DNA from: Macrostomum lignano
Lineage: Eukaryota
Assembly: GCA_002269645.1 (NCBI GenBank)
Contig: NIVC01001187.1
Coordinates: 124,001-188,000, forward strand
Length of the DNA stretch: 64,000 nucleotides
Direction: 5' to 3'
The first letter of the stretch is position 1. Every line of letters begins with the position of its first letter. The position numbers and the translations under genes are program-made. Positions 39,856-51,600 of this stretch are shown here, in pieces. The notes below the pieces were generated by a model that made no database searches, was not told the DNA's origin, and saw only the letters and a program-made list of their open reading frames with translations.

Positions 39856-41210
39856 CTCCAGCCGCAGGTCGACGGACACCCGAGCCCGCAGCTCCTCGAG
39901 CAGTCGGCGTCGCCGATCCTCCCGTAGCCTCGTCGCCATCGCCGTCAGCCTCTCGCCGGGCGTCGCCGCCGTCGCCGTCGTCGTCAGCAGCAGTCGGGAG
40001 CAGCTTGCGGAGCAGGCGGTGCGCGGTGAACACCAGCGGGCTGGCGAGGTTGTAGGGCACGGGCAGCGGCAGCAGCTGGTGGCGGTGCAACAGGGCGAAG
40101 CGGATCATCCGCCTGCTGCGGGCCCTCAGCCAGCTGTTTTCCTTGTCGGCCTGGACGCGCTGGAAGCTCGCCGACACCATGGTGATCAACAGTTTGACGC
40201 CGACCACGAAGCCGAGGATCATCCAGCTGGCGTAGAGGATCGAACCTTTGGCGGCGCGGTGGGAGAGGGGCGGCGGTTCACTCGAATTTGCTGGACTTTG
40301 ATCCCGAATGCGGCGCTACAATGCGGCGCTGGAGGCATTTAAGCCAGCACCCTGAAGCCAGCACCCTGAAGCCAGCACCCTGAAGCCATCACCCTGAAGC
40401 CAGCATCCTGAAGCCATCACCCTGAAGCCATCACCCTGAAGCCATCACCCTGAAGCCATCACCCTGAAGCCATCACCCTGAAGACATCAACCTGAAGCCA
40501 TCACCCTGAAGACATCAACCTGAAGCCATCACCCTGAAGACATCAACCTGAAGCCATCACCCTGAAGATATCACCCTGACGCCATCACCCTGAAGCCATC
40601 ACCCTGAAGCCATCACCCTGAAGCCATCAACCTGAAGCCATCAACCTGAAGCCATCACCCTGAAGACATCACCCTGAAGATATCACCCTGAAGCCATCAC
40701 CCTGAAGATATCACCCTGACGCCAGCACCCTGAAGCCATCACCCTGAAGCCATCACCCTGAAGCCATCAACCTGAAGCCATCAACCTGAAGACATCAACC
40801 TGAAGCCATCACCCTGAAGCCATCACCCTAAGGCCAGAACCTCAGAAACCGGGCCGAACCTCACCCATGAAGGTTGTGAACCGCGCAGTGTGTGGGCAGC
40901 GGGCTGAAATACTGATCCCAGGTGGCGGAGGTGCCAGTCAGGCTGTAGTCCTGAGGGGTTGTCATGTCGAACATCGCCCAGAAGAAGGTCACAGCAATAG
41001 ACGTGAAGGTGTTGCCGAAGACGCTGCTGCCGTACTGGAAGTTCCGGTACAGGTTGGTCATGGCGGTGGTGTAGGCGATGTTCACCGTGATCAGCACGGA
41101 CAGGAACTTGGCCGCGTTCTTCATCATGCTCTGCACCGTGATGGCCAGCACCCCCATGGTCTTCTGCCACACGAACACGTTGCCCAGGGAGACGAACAGG
41201 AACAGATTGC
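39748..41210 (-). CDS. TRP (TRPC-like) channel, C-terminal exons only: S4-S5 linker, S5, pore, S6, TRP domain
   Basis: Exon 41210-40865: MGVLAITVQSMMKNAAKFL..NLY..FFWAMFDM. Exon from ~40280/40245: ILYASWMILGFVVGVKLLITMVSASFQRV..SWLRARSRRM..LPVPYNL. Junction phase and the frame after ~39950 are unresolved; upstream exons not located. Confidence 0.8.
40343..40828. repeat. 14-bp intronic minisatellite (GAAGCCATCACCCT)n
   Basis: ~34 copies between the TRP exons. Confidence 0.95.
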
Positions 41211-41240
41211 CTGCGGTCGGGGCCGCGCGAGTGCTGTAGT

Positions 41241-41635
41241 CTGGTCCTCATTCTCTCAACTGGTCCTCATTCTCTCAACTGGTCCTCATTCTCTCAACTG
41301 GTCCTCATTCTCTCAACTGGTCCTCATTCTCTCAACTGGTCCTCATTCTCTCATCTGGTCCTCATTCTCTCAACTGGTCCTCATTCTCTCAACTGGTCCT
41401 CATTCTCTCAACTGGTCCTCATTCTCTCAACTGGTCCTCATTCTCCCAACTGGTCCTCATTCTCTCAACTGGTCCTTCGTTTTCTCAACTGGTCCTCATT
41501 CTCTCAACTGGTCCTCATTCTCTCAACTGGTCCTCATTCTCTCAACTGGTCCTCATTCTCTCAACTGGTCCTCATTCTCTCAACTGGTCCTCATTCTACA
41601 CCCAACTGGTTCTCATTCTATGCTCAAATGGTCTT
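41241..41635. repeat. 19-bp intronic minisatellite (GGTCCTCATTCTCTCAACT)n
   Basis: ~20 copies. Confidence 0.95.
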
Positions 41636-43150
41636 GACTTAGCTGTAAGGTGGTCCGTAGACACAGCGGGGAGGCGAGGGTCGCCCATTCTGCTAGCCCC
41701 TGAAGGCCCACAGACAGACAGAGGCGTGGGGCCGGTCATGGTGGTCCGCCGGTCAGGGTGGTCCGCCGGTCAGGGTGGTCCGCCGGTCAGGGTGGTCCGC
41801 CGGTCAGGGTGGTCCGCCGGTCAGGGTGGTCCGCCGGTCAGGGTGGTCCGCCGGTCAGGGTGGTCCGCCGGTCCGTTCTGCAGCGTGATCTTCCGTTGGG
41901 AAGAAACTGGCTCGTCTAGTCGCCCGAAGGAACTGGATGAGCCGTGGGATGCTGTCAGGCTGGCAGACCTCGTCAATGGACGGGTTCGGCCCGAGGTAGC
42001 GTAGCCGGTCTCTGGTAAAGAAAGAGCAGTGACAGACAAAGTGCTGAGCATCTTCATTGTCGTACTCACAAAAAGGGCAAAGTTCACTCTCGAGGTCGCC
42101 TCGGAGGAGGCAGTGCTTAACGAGGTAGCCATGGCCGGTAAAGGTCATGACATGGGCTCGAATATCCTTCCGATTTTGGTTCAGAAGGACGTTTCTGAGC
42201 CTGCGAGAGGGTCAAGGAACCGCGGCACGAGATTGCCGGTAGTTTTGGGTGCCCGCCCCTCTGTCCCTGTGGAGAGAGTCAGTCCAGTCATCGATCTGAC
42301 GATTGATGACTGTCAAGGGCATAGGGACCAAGTGGGCAGGGCCAAAGAAAGAGCCAGAGCGCCGCCCCTCTTGGAGAAGGTGTCGGCCAGCTCGTTCCCC
42401 GGAAACCCTGCGTGCCCTGGGATCCACTTCAGCCTGACAGTATTGCTACTGGCCATGAGGTTGAGCTGCCGGACGCAGTCGGCGACTGTCCGGGAGTTCG
42501 TTGTGGTGTGGCAAAGGGCCTGTAAGGCCGCTTGGCTATCGGAGTGGATGACGATAGTCTCTCCTCTCGTACCCTTGGCGTTCAGCTCTGCAGCGCAGGA
42601 GCTGATGGCAAGGACTTTGTTCAGAAAGACCGAGGAGAGTCTGCCAGTGTTCTGGGCAAGCGTGGCAATGACGCGGCCGTTGATGATGATGCAGACCCCA
42701 AAGCCGGCGCGGCCGTCTTTGATGGATCCGTCCGTGTAGCAATGGACCTCCTGGAAATTCCAGTGGTCAGTGGCAGCATCCCTAGAGGGGATGGAGACCT
42801 TGTAGCGCTGAAAGAGGTTGAGAGTGCGGGGTTCACCGTCAGATAAGACGTGGAGTGGAGCCCGCCGCTGTCTCTCAAGTCTTTGAGGCAGAGGTCGGCG
42901 TGAGGCAGGAGCTTGTGCTTAGTCATGGCCCTGTGGGGCCATGGCTAAGCACAAGCTCGAATACGAATGCCAGCGTCAATTAGACGGCGGGCAGTCTTTG
43001 CCGCTTCCCTGGGGACAAAGATGTCCAGCGGGGGAATGTTGAGGAAGGCGTTGAGACCATCGTGAGGAGCAGACGGGGGGCGCTCATGATCATGCGACAT
43101 GTACGCCTGATGCGCTCTCCTGAGAGCCTCTAGGCAGGTCTTCATCTGCT
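41630..43150 (-). mobile_element. Degenerate 5'-truncated non-LTR retrotransposon with RNase H and CCHC knuckle; 17-bp repeat at 41738-41871 in its 3' UTR
   Basis: YTDGS..AGFG, HSDSQAAL, WIPGHAGFPGNELAD, then TGHGYLVKH..CPFC..EDAQHFVCHC. Frameshifts and stops present; 3' end ..CAGCTAAGTCAAG. Confidence 0.9.
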
Positions 43151-43189
43151 GGGCGCGTGTCGTCGTATGTCGTCGTGGATCCACTTGAC

Positions 43190-43700
43190 TTTTTCGAGTC
43201 CAGCTAGAACTCCCAGCTAGATGCCTTCACCCTCGAGCTGACGACAGGTTTCTAACATATATCGCAGGAAGACGATGGTGTTCTTCTTGTCTAGGTGGTC
43301 CTGAATGTTCTTTGCCAGATCCTTGGCTGTGTCTCCCCGCGCAATGTTGTTGTCCTCAACTAATGTGGGGATGTACTCGCCTGCAGAGTAGAGTAGAATC
43401 TCTGGGCCTGGCTCTCGTCCTTGATTCCGGCTGCTACGACATAGCTCTCGAACCGCCGGGTCCAGGTCTTCCATCGTTGAGCGACTGCATGAGGCTCGCC
43501 TTCTGCCTCGAACGCACTGGGAGGCAGTAGTGCTATGGCTTGCGACGCCATATAAGAGTTCAAGTATGATTTGGCAGAAAAGGCTCAGAGCCCCTACACA
43601 GGCGATGTGATTATATTTATTTAGAATATGGAATATTTGACTGTCGCCGATATTGAGCATTGAGCAATGTACATTAAATATGAGCTAGAGTAGCGATCAG
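43190..43700 (-). mobile_element. Ty3/Gypsy gag fragment with PBS-like motif and LTR remnant
   Basis: PPSAFEAEGEP..WKTWTRRFESYVVAAGI..LLYSAG..KKNTIVFLRY..RQLEGE; TGGCGTCGC motif at ~43550 just inside an AATAAA-containing segment. Confidence 0.75.
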
Positions 43701-43787
43701 GCTATGTACGCTGAGTCATGCGCGGGGGGTGGAGAATGGGGGGGCGGTCGCCAACTAATTAAATAAAGTATATGAAAGTGCATCACA

Positions 43788-44560
43788 CTGTCCACCTCTC
43801 ACCCTGACACTCTCATATTGATTCTCTGACTCTCTGTCCACCTCTCACCCTGACACTCTCATATTGATTCTCTGACTCTCCTGTCCACCTCTCACCCTGA
43901 CACTCTCATATTGATTCTCTGACTCTCCTGTCCACCTCTCACCCTGACACTCTCATATTGATTCTCTGACTCTCCTGTCCACCTCTCACCCTGACACTCT
44001 CATATTGATTCTCTGACTCTCCTGTCCACCTCTCACCCTGACACTCTCATATTGATTCTCTGACTCTCCTGTCCACCTCTCACCCTGACACTCTCATATT
44101 GATTCTCAGACTCTCCTGTCCACCTCTCACCCTGACACTCTCATATTGATTCTCTGACTCTCCTGTCCACCTCTCACCCTGAAACTCTCATATTGATTCT
44201 CTGACTCTCCTGTCCACCTCTCACCCTGACACTCTCATATTGATTCTCTGACTCTCCTGTCTACCTCTCACCCTGACACTCTCATATTGATTCTCTGACT
44301 CTCCTGTCTACCTCTCACCCTGACACTCTCATATTGATTCTCTGACTCTCCTGTCTACCTCTCACCCTGAAACTCTCATATTGATTCTCTGACTCTCCTG
44401 TCCACCTCTCACCCTGACACTCTCATATTGATTCTCTGACTCTCCTGTCCACCTCTCACCCTGACACTCTCATATTGATTCTCTGACTCTCCTGTCCACC
44501 TCTCACACTGACACTCTCATAATTCTCTGACTCTCCTGTCCACCTCTCATCCTGACACCC
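43788..44560. repeat. 47-bp minisatellite, ~16 copies
   Basis: Unit TGTCCACCTCTCACCCTGACACTCTCATATTGATTCTCTGACTCTCC. Confidence 0.95.
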
Positions 44561-44770
44561 TTAAGGTCACTCTGCACTGCTTCAACCGTCAATCCTACTA
44601 CGAAGTCCCAAGGACTACTACATCTACTTAAGTTGTCCTTGCGAAGTCCTTGGAAATTTCTTTAAATAAAAGTAGCAAGCTGAGCTGACACTGCGCAGTA
44701 GTATGTTTAGCGCATGATTCAAACTGTCAAAGGCCATCCAATCCCAGCCGAGCTGATCTGCTGCAGTCCC

Positions 44771-44777
44771 TATAAAA
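44771..44777 (+). promoter_or_regulatory. TATA box of the neuropeptide gene
   Basis: TATAAAA ~120 bp upstream of the ATG at 44896. Confidence 0.55.
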
Positions 44778-44895
44778 CCGGAACTGCAGCTGCAGTCGCT
44801 CGCGCATCGCCCGACAGCTCTGGAGGTCGCCAATCCGCGAACAGCCAGCAGCAGGGGATTTCAACAAGCTGATCTTCGAGACCCTTCTGAACCGG

Positions 44896-45192
44896 ATGAT
44901 GCTTCAGTCAGCGGACAGGATTCGGCTGGCGTCGCTGCTCCTGGCCGCGACGCTGGCGATGACGGCGGCGGCCACGGAGACTCCCAAAGAGGGCGGGCCG
45001 CCGCGTCGGCTGGTGTCGAAGCGGCCGCTCCGCCTGATCTCCTCGCAGCTGTCCTACCAGCCGCTGAGGCAGCAGCTGCTCCAACAGCTGAACAGGCAGC
45101 GCCTCTTCAACGGCTGGCTGATGAACGTCGTCGGCAATCGCAGGGGCGATCGCGGCGGCGGCAGCGTCCGGAGCGTCATGCGGTTCGGCTGA
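44896..45192 (+). CDS. Single-exon RFamide neuropeptide precursor (98 aa)
   Basis: Signal peptide (LASLLLAATLAMTAAA), KR and RR cleavage sites, C-terminal SVMRF-G-stop (amidation donor). TATA upstream; AATAAA at 45344. Confidence 0.8.
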   Translation: MMLQSADRIRLASLLLAATLAMTAAATETPKEGGPPRRLVSKRPLRLISSQLSYQPLRQQLLQQLNRQRLFNGWLMNVVGNRRGDRGGGSVRSVMRFG

Positions 45193-45574
45193 CCGGTTCG
45201 GCATGGAGCAACAGCTGTGACTCTTGGCTAGCCGCTGAGCACATCGTTGAGCACACTGACTGCTGGCCCAACAACCTCCCCGAGCCCCACTCATCGACCC
45301 TGCTCCCAAACCAATGCGATTTTGAACTCTCTTCAAAAAAATCAATAAATAAATGAGTCACCACCGATCTACCGCATCAAAAGTGCCCAAAACCTGCCGT
45401 CTGCTTAAGAGGACTGGGCTTTTCTGTTGCGACTCAAAACTGCTTCGAGTTTTAGTTCGCTTTTAGTGCAAATCATTTTTAGTATATAGGACTAGCAATC
45501 AGGCCCCCCGTTGGGGAGGCAAAAAAGAATCGAAAAAATTATTGACTAAACTATACATGTAGCTTCTGACCTCT

Positions 45575-46100
45575 TAGCCTGGACATCTCAGCAATTCCCT
45601 TAGCAAGCCTGGACATCTCAGCAATTCCCTTAGCAAGCCTGGACATCTCAGCAATTCCCTCAGCAATTCCCTCAGCAAGCCTGGACATCTCAGCAATTCC
45701 CTCAGCAAGCCTGGACATCTCAGCAATTCCCTCAGCAAGCCTGGACATCTCAGCAATTCCCTCAGCAAGCCTGGACATCTCAGCAATTCCCTCAGCAATT
45801 CCCTCAGCAAGCCTGGACATCTCAGCAATTCCCTCAGCAAGCCTGGACATCTCAGCAATTCCCTCAGCAAGCCTGGACATCTCAGCAATTCCCTCAGCAA
45901 GCCTGGACATCTCAGCAATTCCCTCAGCAAGCCTGGACATCTCAGCAATTCCCTCAGCAAGCCTGGACATCTCAGCAATTCCCTCAGCAAGCCTAGACAT
46001 CTCAGCAATTCCCTCAGCAAGCCTGGACATCTCAGCAATTCCCTCAGCAAGCCTGGACATCTCAGCAATTCCCTCAGCAAGCCTGGACATCTCAGCAATT
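45575..46100. repeat. 30-bp minisatellite, ~17 copies
   Basis: Unit CAGCAAGCCTGGACATCTCAGCAATTCCCT with occasional 12-bp partial units. Confidence 0.95.
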
Positions 46101-46436
46101 TCCCCCGTCAGCACTCTCAAAATTCGAATGAGAGCACAGGAGTAACCCGATATGCATAATCCAGAAGCCAGACATAATAAATGCGATTAACACCGATCAG
46201 ACTGATGAAGAAAGGAAAATTGGGCCCTCCCTCACCCACCTGTGAGGGCGTGGTAAAGGGTGGGGTCTTCCTATCAGATTTCTATGCAATTTCTGTGCAG
46301 TCAGCTCACTTCTCTTTTCAAGGGTACATGTATCAATACGAATATTTTTTATTACAAACTCCAACTAAAATTGGTTTGTTGGTTGAAAATGTTTGCAAAA
46401 TATAATAATTCCTTAACGCAATCAATCTTATAATCA

Positions 46437-48174
46437 GACTGAGATGGTAGCTCAGGTAGACTGAGATGGTAGCTCAGGTAGACTGAGATGGTAGCTCAGG
46501 TAGACTATGGTAGCTCAGATAGACTGAGATGGTAGCTCAGATAGACTGAGATGGTAGCTCAGGTAGACTGAGATGGTAGCTCAGGTAGACTGAGATGGTA
46601 GCTCAGGTAGACTGAGATGGTAGCTCAGGTAGACTGAGATGGTAGCTCAGGTAGACTGAGATGGTAGCTCAGATAGACTGAGATGGTAGCTCAGATAGAC
46701 TGAGATGGTAGCTCAGGTAGACTGAGATGGTAGCTCAGGTAGACTGAGATGGTAGCTCAGGTAGACTGAGATGGTAGCTCTTCTTGACTTATACTTGACT
46801 TAGCTGCAGGGCTGTCCCGGGGGGACACAGCGGGAAGGCGCGGACGCCCATTCCGCTAATCCCTGAACGGCCGACGCATCGCTATGGACGAAGGGTTGGC
46901 GCCGCTCAGGGAGGTCCCCAGTGTCACCAGCAGCTATGATGCTCTCTGGAAAGGAGAGTTCAGCCCTGCGGGGTGGCCCGGAGGTAGCGCATGAGCTGAT
47001 TAAAGTTTTCGGGTTTACACGCTTCGTAATAGATGTGTGTGGCCCGAGGTAAGTGAGTTTGGCTCTCATGAAGGCGGGACCGGGACAGATGCTTACAAAA
47101 TCCTCAGCAGTTTCGTCACCCGAGTAGCAAAAACTGTATTTGGCGTTGTTGGTGTTGCCCTGCAGGTATTGGTGACTGGAGAAGCAGCCGTGGCCTGAGA
47201 GGGTCATGGTGGCAGCCCGGATGTTTCTTCGCGAGAGGCGCAGGAGGAGCTTCTGGAGTTGGTGAGAGGGCTGAGGGACAGCGCCTCTGGATTGCCTGCA
47301 GGTAGTGCAGTTCACCCAGGCTAAGCGGTGCTGGGTCCTGATCCACGCCTTGATGCGCGAGTCGATGACACAGCCGGGAATCGGGACAATGGGTTGCCAA
47401 TGGGATCTTCAGGAAGATTCCAACACCAAAGCCGGTGTTGACTAATTGCTTAGAAACATCGGTGTAGCAGTGGAGCGATCATCAGGGTTCCAGTGGTCAT
47501 TGATGATATCGCGCGGGTCGATAGCTACGGAGTAGCGTTGTCTCAGGTCGAGCGTTGAGGCAATGCCATCGGTGAAGACGCGATTGGCCTGGCACTCACT
47601 GAGAATGTTGAGGCACAGGTCGCTATGTGGAACAAGGTTCCGCTTAGCAGGTGCTCATGTAGAGGAATTTGACGCCGGCGTCTATGCCGGCGTCTAGTAT
47701 AGACGCCGCGTCGTTCTGGCCGCCTCACCCCTGACGTAGACTGAGATGGTAGCTCAGGTAGACTGAGATGGTAGCTCAGGTAGACTGAGATGATAGCTCA
47801 GGTAGACTGAGATGGTAGCTCAGGTAGACTGAGATGGTAGCTCAGGTAGACTGAGATGGTAGCTCAGGTAGACTGAGATGGTAGCTCAGGTAGACTGAGA
47901 TGGTAGCTCAGGTAGACTGAGATGGTAGCTCAGGTAGACTGAGATGGTAGCTCAGGTAGACTGAGATGATAGCTCAGGTAGACTGAGATGGTAGCTCAGG
48001 TAGACTGAGATGATAGCTCAGGTAGACGGAGATGATAGCTCAGGTAGACTGAGATGATAGCTCAGGTAGACTGAGATGGTAGCTCAGGTAGACTGAGATG
48101 GTAGCTCAGGTAGACTGAGATGATAGCTCAGGTAGACTGAGATGATAGCTCAGGTAGACTGAGATGGTAGCTCA
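46437..48174. repeat. 22-bp minisatellite in two blocks (46437-46780, 47737-48174)
   Basis: Unit AGACTGAGATGGTAGCTCAGGT on both sides of a ~950-bp insert. Confidence 0.95.
46785..47450 (-). mobile_element. 3' fragment of a second, related non-LTR retrotransposon
   Basis: TLSGHGCFSSHQYL..DETAEDFVSICP..RAKLTYLGP (degenerate knuckle region). 3' end CAGCTAAGTCAAG is shared with the 41.6-kb element. Confidence 0.75.
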
Positions 48175-48644
48175 AAAGCTGGTTCCCCATAAGCTGAATA
48201 TGAGGAGTAGGACAGACAAGAAACAAAGACAACGGTGATTGACAGGTGACATACGATTTAACTCCTGGCCTAATGGCCAACCAAAAACGTAGAGTTGGAA
48301 AACAAACTTAAATTTATATTTCTCAAAGTAACCTGAAAACAAGAAGCGCCAGCAAAAAAGTGTGAAAATGCGAACAGAAAAAACACATTTTAGTAAACTG
48401 CAGGGGGGCAAATGCTTCACAGTGAGATCTGAGGATAGGCTTGCCAACAGGCAATAAACAGGCGGCTGGGTATTTAAATCTTATTTATAAGTGGATAGGG
48501 AAACAAAAAGTGTTTGTTGGAAAAAAACTTGACACTGGACTGGGAGACGAGTTAATTTGGAAAGTAGCTCGTAAAACAACAAGAAAAACAGAGGAACAAA
48601 ACTGTCTTCTTCTTCTCAAAAGACCAGTCAAGAAGAGTTCCGTC

Positions 48645-51600
48645 TCACTGCTGCTCCTGAGAATCGGCAGCAGCTGAGCGGCTCACAGCTCCAGACTTCT
48701 CGTCTTTCTTCTTTTTCTTCTTTTGCTGCTGCTTCTGTTGGCTCAGCATGTCGCACAGGTTGCGCAGCAGGCGGATCTCAGCCTCCGCGCCCTCCATCTC
48801 CGACAGCATCTCCGTTGCGTCGGACACCAGGTCCTGCATCTCCAAGCTGCAGATATCGGCCTCCTCCCTAAATGCGGTCGATATGGGGTGGTTTAAATTA
48901 AGTTTCAAGAAATATGAAATGTTAAGAGCGGGAATCTTATAATCTTCCTGACAGTAAAAGCGAGTAGTTAATTGTAGACTTGTATTAAACCTGCAGAATG
49001 TCAGATGATGTCCAGTCTATTTATGGAACCACACACACAAGTGACGTGGGTTCTATTCATGGAAGCATGCAAATGACGGTTCTATTCAAGGAAACACACA
49101 AGTGACGTCGGTTCTATTTATAGAAACACGCAAGTGACGTCGGTTCTATTTATGGAAACATGCAAGTGACGTCGGTTCTATTAATAGAAACACGCAAGTG
49201 ACGTCGGTTCTATTAATAGAAACACGCAAGTGACGTCGGTTCTATTAATAGAAACACGCAAGTGACGTCGGTTCTATTAATAGAAACACGCAAGTGACGT
49301 CGGTTCTATTAATAGAAACACGCAAGGGACTTCTGTGGCAGGCAGTCGCCTTAGTTCTACTATATCATGTTTATGCTTGCCTATGGAACCTCTAATATAA
49401 GGCTGCACCCACCCTCACACAATAACTTTGGTTCTATTTATAGAAACTCGCCAATAACGGGAAGAAAAGCATCAACAACGCCAATTGCAATTATAGAAAT
49501 ACAGCTGCAAAAAACAAGCACTAATCGGTTGTTAGGTCTTATTTTTGTCCCACCAGCTCTGGCAAGCGGAACACGTGACGCCGGACCGGACGGGCTCAGG
49601 TGACAAAAAAACAAGATAAAGATGGTCAATCCCAAAAGAGACTGCGGACAAAGCACCTGCGTGACCAGCTGCGCCGCAAGCATATTTTGTAGGAAAGAGC
49701 AGACTAGTCAAGAGGGAGGCAAAATGGGATAATTAAAACTGTAACAAACTGCCGGCGCGCAGGTGGCGTTAACTGGAGTCGGACGGCACCAGCTGGCAAG
49801 GGCTCTCGGGCGGAGGCCCCTGACAGGAAACCCTAGCGCTAATTTAGCGAATACCTCGCAGCGGAAATAATTTTTGAAGAGGCCTCGGAACCGGTTATTC
49901 GGAATCGCTTTATTTTTTTCCGATTGAAGCGTGACACAGCAAGAATGCAGCTTCAGATTGTGATTGGCACAAATTAAAGACAGTGACACGGTAATGTAAC
50001 TGGTATCCCGGATGGAATTACCGCATACAGTAGAAGACTAAGACAGTTCCTTGTTAAACCGTCTGAGTGCATCTGCACTGTTTTAACTGAATTTTATAGA
50101 GTTTATTCTTAGAATTATATCTGCGATCGCCTACGAGCAGAATAGTGTCTCAGTGTTTGCAGACTAGTCCCGCCCATTCAATTCTAAGCGTATTTATAGT
50201 GTACACATAGCCATCATTGATTCTGTACAGTGTATTAAATAGTGTACACATAGCCATCATTGATTCTGTACAGAGTGTATTTATAGTGTACACATAGCCA
50301 TCATTGATTCTGTACAGTGTATTTATAGTGTACACATAGCCATCATTGATTCTGTACAGAGTGTATTTATAGTGTACACATAGCCATCATTGATTCTGTA
50401 CAGAGTGTATTTATAGTGTACACATAGCCATCATTGATTCTGTACAGTGTATTAAATAGTGTACACATAGCCATCATTAATTCTGTACAGATTGTATTTA
50501 TAGTGTACACATAGCCATCATTGATTCTGTACAGTGTATTTATAGTGTACACATAGCCATCATTGATTCTGTACAGTGTATTAAATAGTGTACACATAGC
50601 CATCATTGATTCTGTACAGATTGTATTTATAGTGTACACATAGCCATCATTGATTCTGTACAGAGTGTATTTATAGTGTACACATAGCCATCATTGATTC
50701 TGTACAGTGTATTTATAGTGTACACATAGCCATCATTGATTCTGTACAGTGTATTTATAGTGTACACATAGCCAACATTGATTCTGTACAGAGTGTATTT
50801 ATAGTGTACACATAGCCAACATTGATTCTGTACAGAGTGTATTTATAGTGTACACATAGCCATCATTGATTCAGTACAGAGTGTATTTATAGTGTACACA
50901 TAGCCAACATTGATTCTGTACAGAGTGTATTTATAGTGTACACATAGCCATCATTGATTCTGTACAGAGTGTATTTATAGTGTACACATAGCCATCATTG
51001 ATTCTGTACAGAGTGCATTGATAGTGTACACACAGCCATCATTGATTCTGTACAGAGTGTATTTATAGTGTACACATAGCCATCATTGATTCTGTACAGA
51101 GTGTATTTATAGTGTACACATAGCCATCATTGATTCTGTACAGAGTGTATTTATAGTGTACACATAGCCAACATTGATTCTGTACAGAGTGTATTTATAG
51201 TGTACACATAGCCATCATTGATTCTATACAGAATGTATTTATAGTGTACACATAGCCATCATTGATTCTGTACAGAGTGTATTTATAGTGTACACATAGC
51301 CAACATTGATTCTGTACAGTGTATTTATAGTGTACACATAGCCATCATTGATTCTGTACAGAATGTATTTATAGTGTACACATAGCCATCATTGATTCTG
51401 TACAGAGTGTATTTATAGTGGTGTACACATAGCCATCATTGATTCAGTACAGAGTGTATTTATAGTGTACACATAGCCATCATTGATTCTGTACAGTGTA
51501 TTTATAGTGTACACATAGCTATCATTGATTCTGTACAGAATGTATTTATAGTGTACACATAGCCATCATTGATTCTGTACAGAATGTATTTATAGTGTAC

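Noticed and set aside
45551-46120. AEGIAEMSRL repeat ORF (likewise ORFs at 14129, 54189, 55105-56035, 57794-59313, 63251)
   Set aside because: Translations of non-coding tandem arrays.
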